Below are positions 41,631 through 50,467 of a DNA stretch of 64,000 nucleotides, piece by piece (the stretch's first letter is position 1; the number at the start of each line of letters is the position of its first letter). Origin of the DNA: an uncultured candidate division Zixibacteria bacterium (GTDB taxonomy: Bacteria > Zixibacteria > MSB-5A5 > UBA10806 > 4484-95); the NCBI GenBank assembly GCA_963668625.2, contig CAXXKA010000005.1:188021-252020 (forward strand), read 5' to 3'. The notes beneath the pieces were generated by a model. The model did not search any database. It had not been told where the DNA came from and saw nothing but the letters and a program-made list of their open reading frames with translations. The translations under genes and the position numbers were made by a program.

Positions 41631-43202
41631 ATGTTTCAGGAGATAGTAATGAGATTGAATATGCTTATAATCGCTAAATGTATATTCGTTTTACTAATAC
41701 TCCTCCCAACCACCACCAGAGCCCAGCCTCGATACCCAACGCTATTTAACAATATCGAGAAAGCCGATTTTATAATACTGGGTGAGTGTATCGCTGTCAG
41801 CAAGGATTCGTTCGATATTCGATGCGCCAACCATCCCACCGGTCGGTTGCAGGGCCCGATGCTGGCAACGTACAATATCATTCAAACCTGGAAAAACTAT
41901 GACGGCAAGGATTTCTATATCGCTAACTTCGAATCGATCAATAAAGCCCTGAGTATCAAAAAAAGCAAGGATACGCCGCCTCCAAAAACCAGGACGCCTT
42001 ATGTGCCGGAGGTTGGTCAGTATGCCTATTTGTTTATCAAAGATGGCAAATTCTTGAATAATGATTACAACGGTTTCGTGCCGGTGGATAAGGATAGCAC
42101 AAGGCTATACATGTATAACAATACGATCAGCAGGCTCGAGGAAATCAGCAGATTGGACCCGGTCGCGAGAGTTGAGGCGCTATATGATGAATTTAAAAAA
42201 CGGGATAGATTCATATGGCATTGCGCAAACATAGCTTTAATGAAAATGCCTATCGATTTTACAATTAACAATTTCGTTGAATTAATGAGTATGGAGAATC
42301 AAGATATCAGGCATTTCAATCTTTATAATATTAAAGAAAGCATGAATGATAGTCTGGCAAATATCATCATGCCTTATACCCGACATAATACTTTAACTGT
42401 AAGGAATGCCGCTTTTTCTCTTGTGAAATCATTTAAATTCGATGCGTTATTATTAAACTATGATAGTTATGATGCTTCTATCAGAACTGGTATATTGAAG
42501 GCTTTAAAGGCGGACAGCTCCGTTTCCTTCCTCGATATGTTTTATAGCGCGGCGGATGATAACGACAACTCAGTGCGAGCTGTCGCGATAGAACTATTGA
42601 GGCGTTGCCCTGGTGAAAAAGCCGCCGATCTAATATATACCGCATTTGAAAGTGATGATCCGAGTATCATTTTTGCAGCCTTTAAAAGCGCTGAAAAGCA
42701 TCTAAGGCCCGAACTGCTGCCCCATTGTTACAAGCATTTACATTCTGAAAACCCTTTTTTAAGCTTTCAGATAATGGAATTGATGCCTCAACTATATGAT
42801 AAATACGTTGGTACCGGTGAAGTAGCCGATATCGGCGGCATGATAGATACCCTTGTAAATATCGCGTATAACCAGGAGATGGAATATAAAAGAGGCGCAG
42901 CGATTCAGGCAGTATGCTCTATGGACAGTACGCTTTTAAACGATAGGTTAGTGCGATTATTATTCGACGATGATGTATCTATTAGAGAGATGATTGCCCG
43001 ACGTCTGGAATGGCAGCCACTACGTCAAAATATACGTCTTTTGCAGGAAGCGTTGGCGGTTGAGACTGATGACGCGGTTAGAAAGATATTACAAGCCGGG
43101 CTTGACAGGCTATACCGGCATTGGCCTGAGGCCAATCCAGCCAATATAAAGAAAATGCGGGATGAGTATGATATTGAAACGCAGCATGAACCTCGGGATT
43201 AA
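41631..43202 (+). CDS. Secreted HEAT-repeat protein
   Basis: Signal peptide; DxDxxVRxxA-type helical repeats. Confidence 0.7.
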   Translation: MFQEIVMRLNMLIIAKCIFVLLILLPTTTRAQPRYPTLFNNIEKADFIILGECIAVSKDSFDIRCANHPTGRLQGPMLATYNIIQTWKNYDGKDFYIANFESINKALSIKKSKDTPPPKTRTPYVPEVGQYAYLFIKDGKFLNNDYNGFVPVDKDSTRLYMYNNTISRLEEISRLDPVARVEALYDEFKKRDRFIWHCANIALMKMPIDFTINNFVELMSMENQDIRHFNLYNIKESMNDSLANIIMPYTRHNTLTVRNAAFSLVKSFKFDALLLNYDSYDASIRTGILKALKADSSVSFLDMFYSAADDNDNSVRAVAIELLRRCPGEKAADLIYTAFESDDPSIIFAAFKSAEKHLRPELLPHCYKHLHSENPFLSFQIMELMPQLYDKYVGTGEVADIGGMIDTLVNIAYNQEMEYKRGAAIQAVCSMDSTLLNDRLVRLLFDDDVSIREMIARRLEWQPLRQNIRLLQEALAVETDDAVRKILQAGLDRLYRHWPEANPANIKKMRDEYDIETQHEPRD

Positions 43203-43227
43203 TTTAGAATTTAATTAGATTAAGTTT

Positions 43228-43482
43228 CACTAGTGTCCGGTCTTTTCATCTCGTTGCGAAGCGCTGCTTCGCAACGTGGCTTGTTTGCCGGCAGAATGCG
43301 CATTCTACATGATTCAAGAAGGTTTCCAAGCAGCGCTTGGAAACCAGAAAACCAAGCCTAACATCGGCAGGATATGTCAGGATGAATGATACGCTGAATA
43401 AAATAATTATATCGGAAAATATTTTTCATTAACAATCCCAAGGAGAAATTTAAAATTTAACGAAAAACACCGGACACTAGTG
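43228..43482. mobile_element. MITE family B, 255 bp, 9-bp target duplication
   Basis: Perfect IR CACTAGTGTCCGGT/ACCGGACACTAGTG; ATTAAGTTT at 43219-43227 and 43483-43491. Confidence 0.88.
43250..43347. repeat. CTCGTT-type REP pair nested in MITE B
   Basis: CTCGTTGCGAAGCGCTGCTTCGCAACG ... GGTTTCCAAGCAGCGCTTGGAAACCAG. Confidence 0.7.
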
Positions 43483-43559
43483 ATTAAGTTTATTTCTTAT
43501 AATCCTTTCATTTTCCCAAAATTACTTGCCATTTACGCCAATCTTATTAATATACCCTC

Positions 43560-44066
43560 ATGGATGACAACACACGCAAATATGTCAAATCGGCGCCTTT
43601 TGCCAATTGCTCCTTTCCCCCACCTGATTTCGTTAAGATAACCGGCGAGGAGAAACTGGCCGAGATACTCAACGAACGCTGGGCCGAGATCAACCGCTGC
43701 CTGGAAACCGACGCCCATCTGGCGGCGATTATCCTCATGGGCGGCATTATCGAGGCGGTGATTATGGCGATTGTCAAACGCTACCCTCATAAAGCGCGCG
43801 AGTGCGAATCAGCGCCTTTAGACCGTGACGGCAAAATCAAGAAAATCCGCGACTGGACATTAAACGAGCTTATAATTATCGCGCATGAATGCGGTTGGAT
43901 AAAAAGCGATGCCGCCGAGTTCAGTCATCTCCTGCGCAAATACCGCAATCTTGTCCATCCCTGGGAGCAGCTTGAACGCGATGACGATACTCCTGACAAA
44001 GATAGTTGCTCGATATGCTGGCAGGTCGTCCGGGCGGCGCTTTATGACCTTGAAAAGGTTAAATAG
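43560..44066 (+). CDS. Hypothetical protein with HEPN-like motif
   Basis: Helical; GGIIEA and RKYRNLVHP. Confidence 0.65.
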   Translation: MDDNTRKYVKSAPFANCSFPPPDFVKITGEEKLAEILNERWAEINRCLETDAHLAAIILMGGIIEAVIMAIVKRYPHKARECESAPLDRDGKIKKIRDWTLNELIIIAHECGWIKSDAAEFSHLLRKYRNLVHPWEQLERDDDTPDKDSCSICWQVVRAALYDLEKVK

Positions 44067-44153
44067 CATAAATAAACATTATTCTAGTATTCATAATGAC
44101 CGCACGTACACATTTCAGAAACTCCTTGCGAGGATTTTAAAGAAGGCAATATC

Positions 44154-44999
44154 ATGAAAACTTATCTCGATTGTATCCCCTGCTTTTTCGAACAAGCTCT
44201 TCGCGCCGGACGAGCGGCCACCAATGATGATAAACTTATCAAGCAGCTTATGGATGAACTGGGGATTATGTTGAAAGATATCTCATTCGAAAGCACTCCC
44301 CCCGCAACCGGCCGATTGATCTATCGGGCCGTGCGAAATATTACAGGCAATATTGATCCATTCCAAAAGCAAAAACGCGAAAGCACATGTCAAGCCCTTG
44401 AATTGTATCCCGCCATGAAAGAGATGATCGCAAAATCCAACGATCATCTGTTGACTGCGATTCGTATCGCAATCGCCGGCAACGTCATCGATCTGGGGGC
44501 GAGCGCTGAGTATGATCTAAAAAGCGCGTTAAAAGAGGCACTTCAAGCGGATTTCGCGATTAATGATTACACCGCTTTCAAAAGTAACCTGGAGAAAGCC
44601 GGCCGGGTGCTTTACATAGGCGATAACGCCGGTGAGACCGTGTTCGATCGGTTATTGATCGAGCAGTTGGGCAAGCCCGTCACATATGTAGTCCGCGAAA
44701 CGCCGGTTATAAATGATGCTGTTTATAATGATGCCGTTGAAGCTGGGATCGATAAAGTAGCTGACATTATCTCCTCGGGCACGGATGCTCCCGGTACGAT
44801 TCTCGAAACATGCAGCTCGGGATTCAGGCGAAGAGTGGATGAGGCTGAATTTATCATATCGAAAGGTCAGGGTAATTACGAGGGGCTATCGAACGAGAAA
44901 TACAGGGTATTCTTCCTTCTTAAAGCTAAATGTAAGATTATAGCGAATAATATTGGTGTAAACAAAGGTGATATCATTTTGAAAGGGATAAACCTATAG
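44154..44999 (+). CDS. DUF89/ARMT1-like damage-control phosphatase
   Basis: CIPC, AGNVID, DNAGE, SKGQGNYE. Confidence 0.92.
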   Translation: MKTYLDCIPCFFEQALRAGRAATNDDKLIKQLMDELGIMLKDISFESTPPATGRLIYRAVRNITGNIDPFQKQKRESTCQALELYPAMKEMIAKSNDHLLTAIRIAIAGNVIDLGASAEYDLKSALKEALQADFAINDYTAFKSNLEKAGRVLYIGDNAGETVFDRLLIEQLGKPVTYVVRETPVINDAVYNDAVEAGIDKVADIISSGTDAPGTILETCSSGFRRRVDEAEFIISKGQGNYEGLSNEKYRVFFLLKAKCKIIANNIGVNKGDIILKGINL

Positions 45000-45073
45000 C
45001 GTATCGAGTATATATCAGGCGAAAAATGTTTATTTTTTGTTTATCGAAAACTGAAATCCTCGTTACGAAACAT

Positions 45074-45156
45074 TGGGTTGTTGAATAAGTTGTTTACACG
45101 CGTCTCTGGGCGGACGAGGTCCTTTGTTCATCCTTTCCCGGCAACATACTGCATGA
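45074..45156 (+). mobile_element. MITE family A copy 3 (truncated)
   Basis: GGGTTGTTGAA end and GGGCGGACGA.GTCCTTTGTTCATCCTTTCCCGGC shared with the 62748 copy. Confidence 0.7.
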
Positions 45157-45267
45157 TGACCAATGGTTGGAAAAGGACAGGCTGTGCCATAAGTTGATAG
45201 ATTGCCGCGCTCCCACATGCCGCCAGCGTAGTGTTAATATATATATTTTCTTTTCCGGTAAATCCTG

Positions 45268-46383
45268 CTAATTGGATATGGTATCATCCTCGAGATTGAT
45301 ACTTAACAAGTCCGGTAACTCTTCAGGAATTTCAATCGAAAGTATTTTACCGCTTAAGCGGTTAGTTATATCACCCTCAGTATCAGTATCATCATCACTA
45401 TCCGAACCATTGCCGTTGTTCTCTCCATTTTTGATCAAAGTCAGTTTCGGTAAATCCGAATGATCCTCGATCTCTGATAGCGGAGGAAGCTGGTCCAGTG
45501 ATGATAACCCGAAAAACTCCAGAAAATGAGCAGAGGTTCGGTAAAGTATCGGTTTGCCCGGAGCATCCGAGCGACCATCAATAACGATAAGGTCTTTGGT
45601 CATCAAATTTTTAAGTACACCGCCGCAATCCACACCACGAATGCGTTCTATCTCAGCCCGGGTTATCGGCTGCTTGTAGGCGATAACCGCCAGTGATTCC
45701 AAAGCCGCCTGTGACAGTTTTTGAGTACGTTCGATTACTCCGGCCTGATTGATGTACGAGTGAAATTCCGGCATGGTATACATCCTGTAACCGCCGGCAA
45801 TATGCTCTATACGGAAACTGCGCCCGGTATCCTGATAATCGTGATTAAGTTCTTTGATAATATCCTCGACCGAGGCTTTAGTAAGATTCGAGGTTCTGGC
45901 GAGTTGGTTTAACGTAATCGGATCGTTGGCTGCGAATATAAGCGCCTCGATTATGCCTTTTTGATTCTCAAGCTGAAAATCCTCGACATTTACCTGCTCC
46001 TGAGGCTCGGCTTGATCTTGCAACTCATCATCCGATTCCAGTTCGTTATCTGAAATCTCAGGTTGATCTTCCTGTTCTTCCGGCTCAGTGATATCATTCA
46101 CATCATCATCGGCTGAAGATTCAGTCTCCGCGATCTCAGGCTCACTTTCGTGTTCATCCATATCCGCATTATCATCATCAACAGATTCAGTCTCGCTTAA
46201 AGATATCTCGGGTATATCATCTGATTCGGTTTCGTTAACCATCTCATCATCGGATATAAAGCTACTATCTGTTTCCGGATTGTTATCGGTTTCAGATGGG
46301 ATTTCGGATTCCTGGCTGTCCTGCAGGTCATCTTCCGGCTCCTGCCGGTTCTCGTTTTCCGGGAAATTATCTATTTTAATCAC
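45268..46383 (-). CDS. scpB: SMC-Scp complex subunit ScpB with acidic N-terminal extension
   Basis: LSQAALESLAVIAYKQPITRAEIERIRGV, FLEFFGL. Confidence 0.95.
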   Translation of the reverse strand: MIKIDNFPENENRQEPEDDLQDSQESEIPSETDNNPETDSSFISDDEMVNETESDDIPEISLSETESVDDDNADMDEHESEPEIAETESSADDDVNDITEPEEQEDQPEISDNELESDDELQDQAEPQEQVNVEDFQLENQKGIIEALIFAANDPITLNQLARTSNLTKASVEDIIKELNHDYQDTGRSFRIEHIAGGYRMYTMPEFHSYINQAGVIERTQKLSQAALESLAVIAYKQPITRAEIERIRGVDCGGVLKNLMTKDLIVIDGRSDAPGKPILYRTSAHFLEFFGLSSLDQLPPLSEIEDHSDLPKLTLIKNGENNGNGSDSDDDTDTEGDITNRLSGKILSIEIPEELPDLLSINLEDDTISN

Positions 46384-46386
46384 CTC

Positions 46387-48009
46387 TTATTTCAACAGTA
46401 ACATTCTGCCGACCTTGGAACGCTCTCCCGCCGTCAGATTGTAATAGTAAACCCCACTGCTGAGGTCATCACTTGCTCTCCAATTAACTTTATTTTCACC
46501 GGTTAATGCGGTTCCGGTTACGGTTTCCACCTGTCGACCGGTGATATCATAGATCGCAATTGTATAATAAGAGGGATTGAAATTCCAGTAAAAAGTGATT
46601 TTCGTTGATAAATTAAACGGGTTAGGGTAATTGCCATTTAGGCTAAAGCTTTCCGGTATAACAGGTTCAACCCCATCAACGATATCTACCGAGAGTGATT
46701 CGACAAAGGCACTATAACTATAATCAGCCAGATCATGTATCACTGAATCCTGATAGCTCCAGTTTATCGCCATTATCGCGCCGGTGTATTCATTGAAATT
46801 TTGAACTCTCACTTGTATTGTCTCACCAGCCATAGCTTTATGTATACCAAGTGATATAGGACGAGAACCATCATAAATACCGGCTAAACATATCATTTCG
46901 TGATACTGCTCATCGGCTTTAACCGTAACTACCAGGTCGCCCTTGCTAATACCGGGGTTGTCGAAATAGATATAATTAACGCCTAGATTCTCGATAGCAT
47001 CCCCGTTTTCCTGCCAACCGGTTGGATAGCTGCTATAAGAGTTGACTACCGGTACTGTCGCCGGGAATGACATCCCTTCCTCGAAAAATTGATTGTGATA
47101 ATTAGGACCGGTGAAAAAATTCCATCCCGTAAGAATGGTAAATTCCCGGTTGATATCCAACCCCTTGCTATTGAGAGCGCTCGCCAGCGAGCCAATTGAG
47201 GAGGGGTTAGTTATATGTTTCTCGAAAACATGCTTGATTATATCATTACCATAATTCTGAGATAAATATTCTGCCAACACCCAGGCGCCGTACATATGAA
47301 AGCCACCGTGAAGGTAAATCGATTTATCGATATCAGAATAATAATCATCGAGATTATAATAAAGCTCGTTTAAATCATCGAAAACTCTTTCCTCTGCCCA
47401 CATAGCGGTAAGCTCGTAAAACCAGGGTTTCTGATCGACGAGATGCCCCCGATAAGCCATCTGGACAGCATGAAAATACTCATGTGCGCAAACACCTTTC
47501 AGGTGAGGATAAGGATCGGTTGGATTGTGATCGGTGAACATGTTGTTGCCCACCTGAATATATGACACGTAAGCCTCCCTGCCGAAATAATAATCCGATA
47601 AATACTCCGGCGTCGTCAGTCCGCTAGTCGTTGTCACGTAAACATCATATTTGCTTTCGATATCTGTCAGGCCATCAGGCGGTGGCATGTCATATTCCAA
47701 TTCGAAAATATAGACGTTATGAGCAGCCTCGAAATATTCGCCTATTCTATTGACATAATCGGGCACGGAATCATAAGGATTGATATCCTCGCCAGGATGG
47801 TATACGGCGCTATCACCGGTGGTATTATAGTGAATACAGAAATGTACTGTCTCGTGTACATGCTGCATCACCGGGCGAGCCAGAATCAGGGGCGGCCAAT
47901 CGCCAACCGGTTTATCGGCAACGAGCAGGTCACCGGTGTCAAGCGCGAAAGCTCCGCTCGATAACACTGCCAATAGAATCGTGAATATTATTCTACGCCA
48001 TACCGACAT
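46387..48009 (-). CDS. Secreted HEXXH metalloprotease (MXAN_6640-like) with CTD
   Basis: AHEYFHAVQ, WFYE..A.WAE; NYPNPFN...MLLLK. Confidence 0.82.
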   Translation of the reverse strand: MSVWRRIIFTILLAVLSSGAFALDTGDLLVADKPVGDWPPLILARPVMQHVHETVHFCIHYNTTGDSAVYHPGEDINPYDSVPDYVNRIGEYFEAAHNVYIFELEYDMPPPDGLTDIESKYDVYVTTTSGLTTPEYLSDYYFGREAYVSYIQVGNNMFTDHNPTDPYPHLKGVCAHEYFHAVQMAYRGHLVDQKPWFYELTAMWAEERVFDDLNELYYNLDDYYSDIDKSIYLHGGFHMYGAWVLAEYLSQNYGNDIIKHVFEKHITNPSSIGSLASALNSKGLDINREFTILTGWNFFTGPNYHNQFFEEGMSFPATVPVVNSYSSYPTGWQENGDAIENLGVNYIYFDNPGISKGDLVVTVKADEQYHEMICLAGIYDGSRPISLGIHKAMAGETIQVRVQNFNEYTGAIMAINWSYQDSVIHDLADYSYSAFVESLSVDIVDGVEPVIPESFSLNGNYPNPFNLSTKITFYWNFNPSYYTIAIYDITGRQVETVTGTALTGENKVNWRASDDLSSGVYYYNLTAGERSKVGRMLLLK

Positions 48010-48781
48010 ATAATCTTATCGCATCCTCAATATTGAGTTCCGTGGGATAAACCCAGATTTTCGTAAACACCGTTGATTGCTGGATCTTGATATATCCCAT
48101 TTTCGCCATCTCTAATATAGCCATAAAAGTAACAACTACGGTCATTCTGCGAAGGTTATCCATAAACAGCTCTTTAAATTCGACGCCGTCGGGATTGGAT
48201 TTCAAGACATTTGCTACGTGTTTAATCCTGTCCTCGATATGCAGTTCCTCGGTGCGAACATTATGCACATGTTCGATCCTCGAGCGTTCCAGTACCTCCC
48301 CGAATGCAATCATCAGTTTTGTAATATCTATTTTCTTGAGCACATAGCTAACTTCGGGCTCCGTAACCTCAGGAAATGATCCCCGGGAAGTGCGAATTGA
48401 CCATTCTTTGCTACGATCACCTAAATCCTCGGCGGCCTGTTTGAATTTTTTGTACTCCAGTAAAGCGGCTACCAGTTCGCTTCTGGGATCGTCGAACTCC
48501 TCTTCGTCCTCAGTTTGACGAGGTATCAGCATCTGTGATTTTATCCGTATGAGCATCGAGGCCATAAGGATGAATTCGCCGGCAACCTCCAGATCGAGCT
48601 CTTTCATTGCCTCAAGATAAGCCAGGTACTGGTTGGTTATCTGGGCGATCGGGATATCGTAAATATCTATCTCATCCTGCCGGATAAGATAGAGCATCAA
48701 ATCGAGAGGTCCCTCGAAAGGCTGCATACCGTAGCCACGGAGGTCCTCGGTAATCCTGATTATACTGCCGTTACCAGTCAA
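47993..48781 (-). CDS. scpA: Segregation/condensation protein ScpA
   Basis: FEGPLDLMLYLI, IYDIPI, TFMAILE. Confidence 0.96.
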   Translation of the reverse strand: MTGNGSIIRITEDLRGYGMQPFEGPLDLMLYLIRQDEIDIYDIPIAQITNQYLAYLEAMKELDLEVAGEFILMASMLIRIKSQMLIPRQTEDEEEFDDPRSELVAALLEYKKFKQAAEDLGDRSKEWSIRTSRGSFPEVTEPEVSYVLKKIDITKLMIAFGEVLERSRIEHVHNVRTEELHIEDRIKHVANVLKSNPDGVEFKELFMDNLRRMTVVVTFMAILEMAKMGYIKIQQSTVFTKIWVYPTELNIEDAIRLYVGMA

Positions 48782-49754
48782 GATTCATCGCCTTTCTAAC
48801 ATCAACCATACACTTCGAGGCGCGCTCCCGGGCGCGTTCAGCCCCGCTTTTCAAAGCAGTCCAGACTACATCGGGATTTTTCTCCAGCTCCGCTCTTTTT
48901 TCTCGAACGGATTTCAAAGCCGCGTTCAGCCGCTCGGTCAGGTTCTTTTTACAGTCCACGCAGCCAAGGGCGCCCGATTTGCATGGCTCGACAACTTGCT
49001 CGTGCTCGGGATTGTAAATCTGGTGAAGAGAGTACACCGGGCAAACCTCGGGTCTTCCTGGGTCGCCGCGACGGATTTTCTGGGGATCGGTCATCATCTT
49101 TTTAAGCTTCTTGGCCGTCTCATCTTCAGTATCGGACATCTTGATATCGTTACCGTATGATTTGGACATCTTGCGGCCATCCGTGCCTGGCACGACCGGA
49201 AACGGAGTCAGTAAATCCGCCGGTTCGGGCAATACGTTGCCATAGAGATGATTGAACCTTCGGGCCACCTCTCGGGTCAGCTCGATATGCGGTAGTTGAT
49301 CTTTGCCTACCGGCACCGCATTGGCTTTGTACACTAAAATATCGGCTGCCTGCAGAAGCGGGTAGCCCAGGAAGCCATAGCTATCCAGACCGAGTTCCTC
49401 GGCTTTCTCTTTGTAGGTCGGTACGCGCTCGAGCCACGGGGTTGGGATTATCATCGAAAATAACAGGTGAAGTTCAGCGTGTTCCTTTACCTGTGATTGA
49501 ACGAATATCGCGCTTTTTTCCGGATCGAGTCCGGCCGACATGTAATCTATCATCAGTTCTTTCACGCGATCTCTCATACCCTCGGTTTTCTCATAGCCGG
49601 AGGTCAGGTAATGCCAGTCGACGATGCAGCAGTACATTTCGTACTCGCCCTCGTTTTGAAGCTTTACCCAATTTTTTAATGCGCCTTCGTAATTTCCCAG
49701 ATGAAGCCGGCCATTGCCGGTTGGTTGCATTCCCGAAAGAAGTATTTTCCTCAT
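48771..49754 (-). CDS. trpS: Tryptophan--tRNA ligase
   Basis: HLGN, YPLLQAADIL, PVGKDQ, KMSKS. Confidence 0.98.
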   Translation of the reverse strand: MRKILLSGMQPTGNGRLHLGNYEGALKNWVKLQNEGEYEMYCCIVDWHYLTSGYEKTEGMRDRVKELMIDYMSAGLDPEKSAIFVQSQVKEHAELHLLFSMIIPTPWLERVPTYKEKAEELGLDSYGFLGYPLLQAADILVYKANAVPVGKDQLPHIELTREVARRFNHLYGNVLPEPADLLTPFPVVPGTDGRKMSKSYGNDIKMSDTEDETAKKLKKMMTDPQKIRRGDPGRPEVCPVYSLHQIYNPEHEQVVEPCKSGALGCVDCKKNLTERLNAALKSVREKRAELEKNPDVVWTALKSGAERARERASKCMVDVRKAMNLDW

Positions 49755-49863
49755 GATTTTATCAAAACTCCTAAGGTTAGCCTGATATCCCCATACTAAT
49801 TAACTAAATTTCGTAAAGTGAAGTTTGTATTGTTGTGGGAGATGCTCCTCTCTCCTCAGCTAC

Positions 49864-50382
49864 CTATTCCATAAACAAGTAACGTTTCCAGTTCGTATCT
49901 TTCACCCCTATGAATTGCTTGATAAACGTGATATGATTAGGCCGTCTGGGTTTGCGCAGAAGTTTCATATTCGCCTGTTCCGGCGTGCGCTGCCCTTTGT
50001 GATTGTTGCACTTGGCGCAGGCAGCGACCAGATTTTCCCAGGTATCCTTACCACCCAGGTTCTTCGGCAGTACATGATCAACCGTCATGGGGGTGATCCT
50101 CCTGCCGCAGTACTGGCAAACTCCGCCATCCCGCTTTATTATGTTTTTACGGGAGAGCATAATCCGCTTGTGAGGCACCCGGATATAGCTTCCCAGCCTA
50201 ACCACTGATGGCACCGCTATACTTCTAGTCACGGAACGAATCCTGTGACCGTCGGAGGTCTCGATTATCTCGGCCCGATCGAGGAATACCATGACAATCG
50301 CCCTCTTGACCGTACAAACCGAAAGCGGTTCGTAGTTTTGGTTTAAAACTAGTACATTATGCGAGAGCATACCGGTAACCAT
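49864..50382 (-). CDS. HNH endonuclease
   Basis: VLVLNQNYEP, CQYCG, TVDHVLP, WENLVAACAKCN. Confidence 0.92.
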   Translation of the reverse strand: MVTGMLSHNVLVLNQNYEPLSVCTVKRAIVMVFLDRAEIIETSDGHRIRSVTRSIAVPSVVRLGSYIRVPHKRIMLSRKNIIKRDGGVCQYCGRRITPMTVDHVLPKNLGGKDTWENLVAACAKCNNHKGQRTPEQANMKLLRKPRRPNHITFIKQFIGVKDTNWKRYLFME

Positions 50383-50467
50383 TCTTATGATAATTCAACT
50401 TAAGATACCATAATTGCGGCAAAAGTCAAATAAAAATTGCCTTGAATATGACTTTTAATGTCTGTAA

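Noticed and set aside
49864-50382. HNH as a mobility or Cas-like nuclease for the adjacent cassettes
   Set aside because: It looks like the widespread standalone ~170-aa HNH family with host-like composition upstream of trpS, and no link to the cassette ends is visible.
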